DNA of 64,000 nucleotides from an uncultured delta proteobacterium. GTDB taxonomy: Bacteria > Bdellovibrionota > FAC87 > UBA2466. Below, one piece after another: positions 29,751 to 38,556 of the stretch. The notes under the pieces are model-generated. The model was given only the letters and a program-made list of their open reading frames with translations, was not told the origin of the DNA and did not search any database. How positions within the stretch are numbered: position 1 is the first letter of the stretch; every line of letters starts with the position of its first letter. The translations under genes were made by a program, and so were the position numbers. The DNA lies in assembly GCA_963778115.1 (NCBI GenBank), contig CAVZSV010000004.1:2144001-2208000 (forward strand). Direction: 5' to 3'.

Positions 29751-30738
29751 TTGGTTTTGGATATTATTACTGCCCTTAAGTTGGCTTTGGGCGATGATTA
29801 CCTCATTCAGACGCTCTTACTTTTTTGGTCGGCCCAAATATCGCGCTAAGGTGAAAATTCTTTCTATCGGAAATCTCCATAGTGGGGGGACCGGCAAGAC
29901 CCCCCTGGTGTTGGAGTGTGCGGACCACCTGCGTCGCCTTAATCCAGTCATCCTTTCTCGAGGGTACCGGGGTTTACTCTCATCTTGCGGTGGCAGAGTT
30001 TCTCTGTCCTCAGAAAACGGAGCAGACCATTTTGGCGATGAACCCTGGATGATGGCGAATCGAGGGCAGAGTCCGGTCTATGTGGGTGCCGATCGCGTGC
30101 GTCTGGTGAAGTGGATAGAGCAAGACCTCCCAACGTCCAGACTCGTCATTTTAGATGACGGGTTTCAACATCTAAGAATCGCTAGGGACGTCGACATCAT
30201 TGTCCTTCGGGCGGAAGAGAAAATTGAAAATTCTTTCTGCCTTCCGTTGGGGGATCTGCGAGAGCCGCTTTCCGCAATCCAATTTGCCCACGCCGTTGTC
30301 ATCGTCCATGGAGAGGCGGACCGCGAAGGGGATAGTTGGGTGCAATGGTTAAAGCGCTTGTATCCGAGCGTTCCCTATTTTTTTGCTCGAAGGAAGGGGG
30401 TTAAACTCCATGGAACCAAAGGCATCCCGCCCGAGGGAGAACGGCTTCTCGGATTTTGCGGGATTGCTGGTCCTCATCGTTTTGAAGATCAGCTTAAATC
30501 CATTCCGGGGGCGGCCTTTCTTCGCGGTTTTCCCGATCACCATTCCTATAGTACCCAAGACATCGATGCCCTTTGCCAGGCTGCGGCGTCTGCGGGGGCC
30601 CATTTAGTAACAACGGAAAAAGATTATTTTAAACTGGAAAAGGTCTTCTTATCGAGGAACCAGAGCCTATTTGCATTGCGGATTGGATATGAAATATCCG
30701 AAGAGTTCTGGTACCTTCTGAAAGAACTTTTGGAGTGA
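29725..30738 (+). CDS. lpxK: tetraacyldisaccharide 4'-kinase
   Basis: IGNL..GGTGKTP, SRGY, GDEP, DDGFQH, LP.G.LREP, FPDHH, TTEKD; TTG start with GGAGGA RBS. Confidence 0.96.
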   Translation: MNARSNPRDWFWILLLPLSWLWAMITSFRRSYFFGRPKYRAKVKILSIGNLHSGGTGKTPLVLECADHLRRLNPVILSRGYRGLLSSCGGRVSLSSENGADHFGDEPWMMANRGQSPVYVGADRVRLVKWIEQDLPTSRLVILDDGFQHLRIARDVDIIVLRAEEKIENSFCLPLGDLREPLSAIQFAHAVVIVHGEADREGDSWVQWLKRLYPSVPYFFARRKGVKLHGTKGIPPEGERLLGFCGIAGPHRFEDQLKSIPGAAFLRGFPDHHSYSTQDIDALCQAAASAGAHLVTTEKDYFKLEKVFLSRNQSLFALRIGYEISEEFWYLLKELLE

Positions 30739-32684
30739 ACTTGCTACGGCTGGGACTCACAATCCTCTCTCTTCTTTTGAACCTTCTGCCGCGGAACGTG
30801 GTCGGAGGCCTTGGTGAGTTTCTCGGGCTTTTTTGGTTCTATATCGTTCCTTTCCGACGCTCGGTAGTTATTCAAAACCTAGAGCTGGCTTACGGCGATA
30901 GCTTATCTAAAAAAAAGATACGCGACCTTGCTCGCAAGAATTTCCGCCACTATGGCCGATGCATTGTCGAGGTCATTACTTCCATCTCTTGGAAACGCGA
31001 AGACTTTCGCGAAAAGGTTGTCTCCCACGGGATGGAAAATATCCGGGCGTATTATGAAAAGGGAATCGGCGGATTCATCCTGACCTGCCATTTGGGAAAT
31101 TGGGAACTTCTTACTGGTTCTGGTGCCGCTAAAGGTATTCCGGCCGACGTTGTCGTAAAAAGAGTGCAAAACCCTCATTTTGAAGGGTTACTACAATGGT
31201 ACCGGCGCCGCTTGGGGGTACGACTTCTTATCGAAACGGGAACCGCAAAAGATATCTTAAAGGCTATTTCGAAGGGCCGCTTTGTCGGCTTTGTTCTGGA
31301 CCAGTTTATGGGCCCTCCGATAGGCCTCCCGGTAAATTTCATGGGTCGATTGGCCGGAACTACAGTTAGTCTCGCTTTATTAACGGAAAAGCGAGATATT
31401 CCGATAGTCCCTGTTTATTCCTTTCGCGACTCAGATGGAAATCTTCATATGGTAGTGGAACCCGCTTTGAAATGGCCCCGCTTATCCGAAGACAAAGAGC
31501 AGCGCCTATTTGAAAAGACGCAATTCTTAAACGATGTCATCGAAAAAATGGTGCGCCGCCATCCCGAACAATGGCTATGGCTCCATCGACGCTGGAAAGA
31601 CTATAAGGGCGAACCGCGTTGGAAACCAAAACAGGTGCTAAGCTATGCGGCTCTTCTGCTGATGCTAGCCGGATTCACCGGGGGATGTACCTCTTCTCCC
31701 ACGACCAGTACGGGAGCTTCTCCCACGACAGGGATAGCGATACCGGCCGATCCTAAAGTGAACGTTCCCAAATTTAGTGGTGACACAGAAGAAAATCTGG
31801 ATGAGGAAGCGATCCCCAAGCCATCTGAAGTAGCGAAACCGATTAACAAGGATGAGAGGGACGTTTCTAAATCGAAAAAGCGACAGGGAACCAAAAAGAA
31901 AAGAGGCCATGTGGATCCGATCGTCGAGACTGCTCCTCCCTCCAAATCCCCCGAGACCGCTTTCGATGTGGTCCCTGCTTCCCGCGTCCCGTTTTCGGTC
32001 GGTGAACATCAAGAGATCGAACTTTCTTGGGTGGGGCTACCTGCAGGTACCGCGACGATGGAAGTTCGTCGGGGCGAAGATTTTAACGGGCGCCCGACTC
32101 TGGTGTTTTGGGCGAATGTTTTGTCATCGCGGCTTGTCGATGCCATTTATCATGTGGACAACACCGCAGAGACCACCGTGGATCGCGCGGCACTTATCCC
32201 GTATCGTTTCCTGCTACATATGTCTGAGTCGGCACAAAAAAAAGAGACGAAAGTCACTTTCGATCACACTTTGGGGAAGGCCTATTACTGGTCTCAACGA
32301 GTCTCCACAAAATGGGGTAACGATACTCAAAATCGAGTAGATGATTTGGTTCCTAAAGCGCATGACATGTTTAGCGGCATCTATTACGCGCGAACATTAA
32401 ACTACCAACTCAACCAAAAGCAGTCCTTTCCTGTCTATGAAAATGGAAAAAACTGGGAAGTGGAACTCGTTCCGGTCGCTTATGAAGTGGTTACCACGAA
32501 AGTGGGAGCGTTTCCCTGTTGGAAAATTCAGGTGAACGTAAAACTAAACAACGTTTTAAAACCTACCGGGAATGTTTTCATGTGGCTTAGCGATGATTCC
32601 AAAAGGTATCTCGTAAAATTTGACGCCAAGATAAAAATAGGATCCCTCTACGGGAACCTGACAAGCCTTCGAGATAAACCATGA
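30735..32684 (+). CDS. fusion: lipid A acyltransferase (LpxL/HtrB family) + internal signal/lipobox-like segment + DUF3108-like domain
   Basis: N-half HLGNWEL, DQ, PEQWLWLHRRWK; C-half PFSVGE...L.W.G..AG.A, W.SDD.KR..VKF.AK.KIGS. Confidence 0.85.
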   Translation: MNLLRLGLTILSLLLNLLPRNVVGGLGEFLGLFWFYIVPFRRSVVIQNLELAYGDSLSKKKIRDLARKNFRHYGRCIVEVITSISWKREDFREKVVSHGMENIRAYYEKGIGGFILTCHLGNWELLTGSGAAKGIPADVVVKRVQNPHFEGLLQWYRRRLGVRLLIETGTAKDILKAISKGRFVGFVLDQFMGPPIGLPVNFMGRLAGTTVSLALLTEKRDIPIVPVYSFRDSDGNLHMVVEPALKWPRLSEDKEQRLFEKTQFLNDVIEKMVRRHPEQWLWLHRRWKDYKGEPRWKPKQVLSYAALLLMLAGFTGGCTSSPTTSTGASPTTGIAIPADPKVNVPKFSGDTEENLDEEAIPKPSEVAKPINKDERDVSKSKKRQGTKKKRGHVDPIVETAPPSKSPETAFDVVPASRVPFSVGEHQEIELSWVGLPAGTATMEVRRGEDFNGRPTLVFWANVLSSRLVDAIYHVDNTAETTVDRAALIPYRFLLHMSESAQKKETKVTFDHTLGKAYYWSQRVSTKWGNDTQNRVDDLVPKAHDMFSGIYYARTLNYQLNQKQSFPVYENGKNWEVELVPVAYEVVTTKVGAFPCWKIQVNVKLNNVLKPTGNVFMWLSDDSKRYLVKFDAKIKIGSLYGNLTSLRDKP

Positions 32685-33448
32685 AGGTAGCAGCGGTTGT
32701 GATTACTCACAACGAAGAGGAGAACATAGCCCGATGTCTCTCCTCGCTTCAGTTCTGCGATGAGATCGTGGTGGTCGATGCGGAAAGCTCGGATCGCACT
32801 AGTGAAATCGCCAAGAAGTTTACTCCGAACGTTCAAATCCGTCCTTGGAAGGGTTACTCTGAACAGAAGAATTTCGCGGTGACACTTACTTCTTGTGATT
32901 GGATCTTATCGGTGGATGCTGACGAGGAGGTATCTAGCGAACTGCAAGAGGAAGTTAAAGCGACACTTAACTCACCCCAATTTTGCGCCTACTCGGTCCC
33001 GCGAAAGACCATCCACTTCGGTCGATGGATTCGACATGGCGGATGGTACCCCAATAGACTGGTTCGTCTATTTAACAAGAAACAGGGGCGTTGGGAGGGC
33101 GACCAGGTCCACGAACTTTGGAAGCCTGCGGGTGAAGTGGGGGCTTTAAAGAGCGATCTCATTCACTATTCCTTCAAAAGTCTTTCTGATCAAGTCATTC
33201 GAAATGACAAGTATTCTACTCTGGGAGCGCTTGCGCTGTCGCGGGAAGGAAGACGCTTTTCCTTCTTTAAGCTTTCCGGTAAAACCATGATGAAATTTTT
33301 CGAGACTTATTTCTTGAAGCGCGGTTTTTTAGATGGTTATCCGGGGCTTATTATCTCGGTCTCGGCAGCTTATTCGGTATTTTTGAAGTGGGCGAAGTTA
33401 TGGGAAAGGGAACTTAGTGGCTCTAAAGAAAAAATCTCACGCTCCTAA
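32681..33448 (+). CDS. glycosyltransferase family 2 (WaaE/KdtX-like LPS core beta-glucosyltransferase)
   Basis: ITHNEE.NI, VVDAES.D.T, WILSVDADE, WYP...RL, VHE, GFLDG. Confidence 0.9.
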   Translation: MKVAAVVITHNEEENIARCLSSLQFCDEIVVVDAESSDRTSEIAKKFTPNVQIRPWKGYSEQKNFAVTLTSCDWILSVDADEEVSSELQEEVKATLNSPQFCAYSVPRKTIHFGRWIRHGGWYPNRLVRLFNKKQGRWEGDQVHELWKPAGEVGALKSDLIHYSFKSLSDQVIRNDKYSTLGALALSREGRRFSFFKLSGKTMMKFFETYFLKRGFLDGYPGLIISVSAAYSVFLKWAKLWERELSGSKEKISRS

Positions 33449-34133
33449 GCATTTGGGATTTGTCGTCGCCATTGACGGACCTTCGGGAGCGGGCAAATCG
33501 ACCGTGAGCCGACAGCTCGCTGAGGCGCTGGGCGGTAAGCTCCTGGACACGGGTGCTATGTACCGAGCCGTCGCTTATTTCTCGATCAAAGAGAAACAAA
33601 ATGACCCGGAAGCTTTTGCGGCGATCTCTCGAAGGTTGCATTTCGATATGGATCCGCATACGGGCTCCATTCTCGTGAACGGCGTCGATTTAGGCGCCAA
33701 ACTTCGTACCGAAAAGGTTAGTTTAATGGCTTCTCACGTGAGCCAATTTCCTGAAGTCAGGCGGTTGCTCACGATGAGGCAGCGGGGACTTGCACGCAAG
33801 TGGAGTCGCAAGATCCCAGTCGTCGTTGAAGGGCGAGACATTGGAACCGTCGTCTTTCCGAAAGTCAGGTTTAAATTTTTCGTCACCGCCGACGCCGAAG
33901 TTCGCGCCAAGCGTCGGTTTCACCAGCTTCAACGCCAAGGCACCAAAGGCGTTCGATTAAAAACCATTTTGAAAAAAAGCCAAGAAAGAGATCGGCAAGA
34001 CTCGACGAGAAAAGTGGCGCCCCTTAAGTGTCCCAAAGACGCCGTCGTGGTGGACACCTCGGACATGGCTATCTCTCAGGTGGTGCACTTCATGGCAAAC
34101 CACATCAAGGCACGAAATTTTCCAGAAGGATAG
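33417..34133 (+). CDS. cmk: cytidylate kinase
   Basis: AIDGPSGAGKST, LDTGAMYR, VEGRDIGTVVFP, RD.QD.TR.VAPL. Confidence 0.97.
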   Translation: MALKKKSHAPKHLGFVVAIDGPSGAGKSTVSRQLAEALGGKLLDTGAMYRAVAYFSIKEKQNDPEAFAAISRRLHFDMDPHTGSILVNGVDLGAKLRTEKVSLMASHVSQFPEVRRLLTMRQRGLARKWSRKIPVVVEGRDIGTVVFPKVRFKFFVTADAEVRAKRRFHQLQRQGTKGVRLKTILKKSQERDRQDSTRKVAPLKCPKDAVVVDTSDMAISQVVHFMANHIKARNFPEG

Positions 34134-34152
34134 TTAGCCCTATCACGATCCC

Positions 34153-34544
34153 ATGAAGCGATTGTCTTTCCTGCTAATGGCAATTAATGCCGACTCTGAC
34201 GATCTCGCGGATAGTAGGTACGTGATGGGTCGAATAGTAAACCATCTAGCCAATTCTCCCGCCATCGATCAGGCCATAGCGATATATACCTTAGCCCGTC
34301 TGGGGGACTCGGCAGCTACTGCGGACGATCTAGTTAAATACAATTGCGCGTTTTAGCTTCCGATCTTGAATCGCCTGAACGTCGGGATTTTTATCTCAGA
34401 CTCAACGGCACTTCGGCTGAAATGATTTTTTATCACCATCAGCCTTACGAAATAGCCAGTGTTTCCCTTAAGCTTTCAGAGCTGCTGAAACGCTCGTGCG
34501 TCTATGCAATAGTGAAGGCAAAGATTGCCCATGGTGGCTTATAG
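34153..34544 (+). pseudogene. probable frameshifted gene remnant (two overlapping short ORFs)
   Basis: ORFs 34153-34356 and 34344-34544 join into about 130 aa if one A is added at GTT-AAA-(A)TA, 34336-34338. Confidence 0.4.
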
Positions 34545-34569
34545 AAAGTGAAGTAGGGGAATGGGGGAA

Positions 34570-34902
34570 CTAGCGAGGGTCATCATCATCGTAGCCGCGC
34601 TTTTGGCCTTCTAAGGCTTCCATACTTTTTGTCGCGGCGGCGACGTTTTTCTTAAGCTCGCCTTCGTACTGTGCCAACACTCGTTTTTCTAGTTCCGAGC
34701 GCATTTCGCTGTTGAGGGGATGGGCGATATCGCGGAAAGTGCCGTCTTTGCGCTTTTTGCTAGGCATCGCGACGAAAAGTCCCGTGTTGCCGTTGATGAT
34801 TTTGAGGTCGCGGACCACAAAGCAGTTGTCGAAGATGATAGTGACGTAGGCCTTTAACTTATCCTCGTTTACCGGGAAGACTTTGACTTCTGTGATTTCC
34901 AT
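34570..34902 (-). CDS. spoVG: septation regulator / RNA-binding protein SpoVG
   Basis: MEITEVKV...KLKAYVTI.FD.CFVVRDLK.I.G..GLFVAMPS...DGTFRDIAHP; AAGGAG RBS before 34902. Confidence 0.96.
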   Translation of the reverse strand: MEITEVKVFPVNEDKLKAYVTIIFDNCFVVRDLKIINGNTGLFVAMPSKKRKDGTFRDIAHPLNSEMRSELEKRVLAQYEGELKKNVAAATKSMEALEGQKRGYDDDDPR

Positions 34903-34955
34903 GTTGTGCTCCTTAACGTCGTCAGCCTTACTCAAGTCCCTGTAGAGGTTTTGGT

Positions 34956-35867
34956 TCAATCGCCTAAATAAGTTCCTGTCTGCAGGAACCTACAATGGTA
35001 TTTTCGGCACCAATGCCGCACAGCTTTAGCACTTTTTTCCTGTTGATTAACTGAAGCATACAACGCGAAGCAGCTAGATCCGCTGCCCGACATTCCGGCC
35101 ATTAAGCAGTCAGTATCTTTCAATAATTGAATTGCCCGGGCTATCAGCGGGTGGCGGGAGACGGCGAAAGGCTCTAGGTCGTTGTGGGTCGCCTCACACC
35201 ACGTTTTCAACCCGAGTAATTCTACAGGTTCCTTGGGAAAGGGAGTTACTTTTGAAAAAGGGGCGTTGGCTAATCGATACCCCTCAAAAATTTCAACCGT
35301 AGGCACCGCGATCGGAGAAAGAATCAGCGTAAAGCGAATATGGTTTCTTATCTCGTCAGAGATCTCTATTTCTCGGATCTGCTCCCCTATTCCGGTAACC
35401 AAAGCAGGCTTCGGATTCAAAAAGAATGGGACGTCGGCCCCCAACTGAGGGGCTATCCGCTGCGCGGCTTCGCAAGAGAGCAGCGAATTTCCGACGAGAT
35501 AACGCAGAACGGTGCCTGCGTTGGAAGAGCCTCCTCCTAACCCGGCTCCCATGGGGATCCGCTTTTGAATCGAAATCCGCTTTGAAGTGGAAGGATTTGC
35601 CCTTTGCCACGCCTCCATTGCCAAATTGTCTTTGCTCTCTGGCAAAGAGGGAGTGGGAGTATGGTCGCAAGAAACGTCTTGCGTCCACTTCATGTCTACG
35701 GCGGGCGCCGCACTTTCAGAAAATAAAATTTCATCCGCGAAATCCAAGGGCCAAAAAAGACTCTCGATAAGATGGTAACCGTCCGCGCGTCGCCCCACGA
35801 TTTTAAGTCCCACGTTAATTTTGGCGGGAGAGCGCAATCGGGACTTTCCTTTACAGTCGAACAACAT
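34956..35867 (-). CDS. ispE: 4-diphosphocytidyl-2-C-methyl-D-erythritol kinase
   Basis: PAKINVGL, DGYH, KRIPMGAGLGGGSSNA, LGADVPFF, MSGSGS. Confidence 0.96.
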   Translation of the reverse strand: MLFDCKGKSRLRSPAKINVGLKIVGRRADGYHLIESLFWPLDFADEILFSESAAPAVDMKWTQDVSCDHTPTPSLPESKDNLAMEAWQRANPSTSKRISIQKRIPMGAGLGGGSSNAGTVLRYLVGNSLLSCEAAQRIAPQLGADVPFFLNPKPALVTGIGEQIREIEISDEIRNHIRFTLILSPIAVPTVEIFEGYRLANAPFSKVTPFPKEPVELLGLKTWCEATHNDLEPFAVSRHPLIARAIQLLKDTDCLMAGMSGSGSSCFALYASVNQQEKSAKAVRHWCRKYHCRFLQTGTYLGD

Positions 35868-36000
35868 CTGGTCACGCCGGCTAATTGAGGAAATAGGGCT
35901 AAACTCCTAAGGCTTTAACTGAGTTGCAGCTTCGCATCCCCCCTCCGTTTGTCCACAAGTTTCACAAAACCCCCGATTGGAACCCAAATAATACATGTAA

Positions 36001-36042
36001 TTTCAATTAGTTAATTCCATCAAGTCGGGCACGTTAATTGTA
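36001..36042 (+). promoter_or_regulatory. putative IHF site plus sigma-54 promoter
   Basis: TTTCAA-N4-TTA (IHF-like) at 36001-36013; GGGCACGTTAATTGTA (-24 GGCACG / -12 TTGT) at 36027-36042. Confidence 0.45.
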
Positions 36043-36130
36043 ATCAAGTACGAAGGGTCCGTAAAAACTCCAAATCGGGGCGGTTGGCTATTGGTTCGGT
36101 TGACGTAGCCGGGAAGTCGTTAAGAGGGAT

Positions 36131-36409
36131 ATGAGGAACAAGCTTCAGTACGCATACAGCATTTTCGTGTTCGCGGGAGTGCTGGTAACCGCCTACATGA
36201 TGATGAATCGTGAGGGCAGCATTCGTACGCCTTTTGCTTCCATGCAGCCCACCTCGACGCTTCGCTCCGAAGCCACCCTAGTCGATCCTGCGGTAACCTC
36301 ACTCTTTGAAATGGAAGATGCGCTTTCTCGACTAAAAAAGGACAAGAAAGACGACACCAAACGAGTTCCCACGACTCAAGGAAAGCCCATCTTTGAAATT
36401 CCTCGTTAA
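36131..36409 (+). CDS. small hypothetical membrane-anchored/secreted protein
   Basis: GAGGGA RBS, N-terminal hydrophobic helix. Confidence 0.6.
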   Translation: MRNKLQYAYSIFVFAGVLVTAYMMMNREGSIRTPFASMQPTSTLRSEATLVDPAVTSLFEMEDALSRLKKDKKDDTKRVPTTQGKPIFEIPR

Positions 36410-36484
36410 TGCGAGCTGTTAATTCCGCTTTGAACATCTCAACCGTTCTTTACGTTTTTGCTTACTCAAGATAGACCTTCTTTG

Positions 36485-37225
36485 ATGACCGCTATATTCG
36501 TTTCCGACGTGCATCTCAGGGACGGGACGAGTGTTAAAACAACTTTGTTTGTCCGCTTTCTCCAAGAAGTCGCCTCTCAATTCAAGAAGATCTATCTTCT
36601 AGGGGACGTTTTTGACGTTTGGCCCGGAACCACGCCTTTTCTCGTCAGGCAATATCGCCCGGTCCTTCAAGTTCTCAAGCACCTAGTGGAAGACGGCCAT
36701 GAGGTTCATTTCCTCGAAGGAAACCACGATTTCCGTTTGGGAGACTACTTTTCCGATTATTTGGGCATTAAAGTCCACTCGAAAGTGATTACCGAAAATT
36801 GGAGCGGAAAGAAAATCTTCATGGCTCATGGCGATTTAGGAAATCCCAGAGATATTAGTTACCGATGTCTGCGTTATGTTCTGCGCCATAATCTGACTCA
36901 GTCGGTAATGCGGGCACTTCCGCAAGACTATGTTTATCGGATGGGAGAAAAGAGCTCCAAACTAAGTCGCAAATATCAAAAACACTCGGAAAAAGTGGAA
37001 TCACAGATTCGCCAGATTTACCGGCGTACCGCCGAGGGAATTTTCCGGGACGGATACGACGTCGTCATTATGGGGCACACGCACTTACCTGACGATGTAA
37101 CCGCTGAAATCGGCAACCGCACCTGCCGTTATATCAATACCGGTGATTGGGTATCCCATTTTACTTACCTTGAGTTTGACGGTTCTCAATTTTATACTAA
37201 GACCCATCCGGTAAAGAATCTTTAG
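36485..37225 (+). CDS. lpxH: UDP-2,3-diacylglucosamine diphosphatase (LpxH-like metallophosphoesterase)
   Basis: SDVHL, GDVFD.W, GNHDF, HGD, GHTH, NTGDW. Confidence 0.85.
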   Translation: MTAIFVSDVHLRDGTSVKTTLFVRFLQEVASQFKKIYLLGDVFDVWPGTTPFLVRQYRPVLQVLKHLVEDGHEVHFLEGNHDFRLGDYFSDYLGIKVHSKVITENWSGKKIFMAHGDLGNPRDISYRCLRYVLRHNLTQSVMRALPQDYVYRMGEKSSKLSRKYQKHSEKVESQIRQIYRRTAEGIFRDGYDVVIMGHTHLPDDVTAEIGNRTCRYINTGDWVSHFTYLEFDGSQFYTKTHPVKNL

Positions 37226-37251
37226 CATCTCCTTCTGAGGTCTCAACTAAG

Positions 37252-38556
37252 ATGAATGAAGCTATGACGGGTACTTCGGTCGCTGATTTTAACTTCAGCG
37301 ACGAGCTGCCCAATCGATGGCCTCTATTGCTCGACGGCATCAAACGAGAAGGGGTGACACAGCTCACCACTAGACTCCGTTGGGGAGCACATGAATCCCT
37401 GAAGAATGTGAGAGACTTTTCTACGGCATCCCGGCTTAGGCTGGAGCGTTTTCTTAAGCTCGCCCATGAAAGACAGTTGAGCGTCGAACTCCACATCGGC
37501 TTTCCCTCCACTCCGGACGCTTTTCCGGCTTGGACTAAAGGCACTACCAGCTCGAACCTAGTTTTCAGCTCGGCGCTGGATCCCGCGCTGGAGAGTTTGG
37601 AACTCGTTCAGATTCCGGCACTCGAAGAAGACGATTTTCGTCTTGGTTTCGTCGATTTTGTTCGCGACGTGCTTAACATCGTATCACTCTATTGCTCCGC
37701 CGAAGGGCCTGTGAGCAAAGTCGTCGTCGACCTCGAATTGTATTGGGGCAGTCTCAATGCCATGCAAAGCAAATCTTATGCGCCCTCTTTGGAGCGTAGG
37801 TACGGTTCCATAGACAACTTTAATACCATTTTTGGAACCAGCTTTCGTAGCTTCGAAGCTGCCTCTTCCGCCCAATCGGCCAGATTGCTCGCGGATAGGC
37901 GCCCCTGGCTTGTCGCTTTTGATTATAAGAGCTTTCAGCGCGACTATTTCATTGAACTGGAAAAGGCGATTCGTGTACTTGAATCAGGAAAAGAGATGAG
38001 TGGTTTTCTTCGATTTACTCGTCACAGCACAGTAGTACCTAAAGAAACTCCCTGGCTTGTCGCTTTTGATTCTACGTTGCTTTCCGAAACCAATAGCCGG
38101 GTTTTCCCCTTTTTCCCGGGCGGGTTTGTCAATCGGTCCGCCATCACGACGTATCGGTTTCATTCCTATTTAGAGACGGAAGCCCGCAAATCGAAAATTC
38201 CTTTTTGCCGGTTCGGCGGATTTGATCACTTTCCCCAAGACGTTAACCGACCGATAGTCGTCGTTTGCGGGAAATATCTTCAGCGCAAAGATTACGATCG
38301 GATGGAAGCTTTATTAAAGAGCGGAGGAAGACTAGTTTTCCCCTCAGGTTTCCCGCAATACGATGAAAAAATGAATTGTTACCAGTGGCCTGTGACTTCG
38401 GCGGGAAAATTTTCGGCCCCTTTTATTAGTCTCAAACATTGTGAAGGCAGCATCGTGGTTCCGGCAAAGTCTTTGACTTACGGCGACACTTTTTGGTCTG
38501 AACTGCAGACCCTCATGCGAACCGTATTGGAGAACCGCCCTGAGGTAACCGTATGA
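37252..38556 (+). CDS. divergent GH35/GH42 beta-galactosidase-like protein
   Basis: W...L..IK..G......L.W..HE......DF.....LERFLKLAHE..L.V; GPV..V.VDLE; L.RRYGSIDNFN..FGTSF.SF. Confidence 0.55.
   Translation: MNEAMTGTSVADFNFSDELPNRWPLLLDGIKREGVTQLTTRLRWGAHESLKNVRDFSTASRLRLERFLKLAHERQLSVELHIGFPSTPDAFPAWTKGTTSSNLVFSSALDPALESLELVQIPALEEDDFRLGFVDFVRDVLNIVSLYCSAEGPVSKVVVDLELYWGSLNAMQSKSYAPSLERRYGSIDNFNTIFGTSFRSFEAASSAQSARLLADRRPWLVAFDYKSFQRDYFIELEKAIRVLESGKEMSGFLRFTRHSTVVPKETPWLVAFDSTLLSETNSRVFPFFPGGFVNRSAITTYRFHSYLETEARKSKIPFCRFGGFDHFPQDVNRPIVVVCGKYLQRKDYDRMEALLKSGGRLVFPSGFPQYDEKMNCYQWPVTSAGKFSAPFISLKHCEGSIVVPAKSLTYGDTFWSELQTLMRTVLENRPEVTV
37903..38071 (+). repeat. exact 22-bp direct repeat CCCTGGCTTGTCGCTTTTGATT (37903-37924 and 38050-38071)
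   Basis: identical copies 147 bp apart, both in frame (PWLVAFD). Confidence 0.85.

Noticed and set aside
31693..31730. 13-bp direct repeat CTTCTCCCACGAC in the fusion linker
   Set aside because: Short SPTT duplication in a low-complexity linker; not an array
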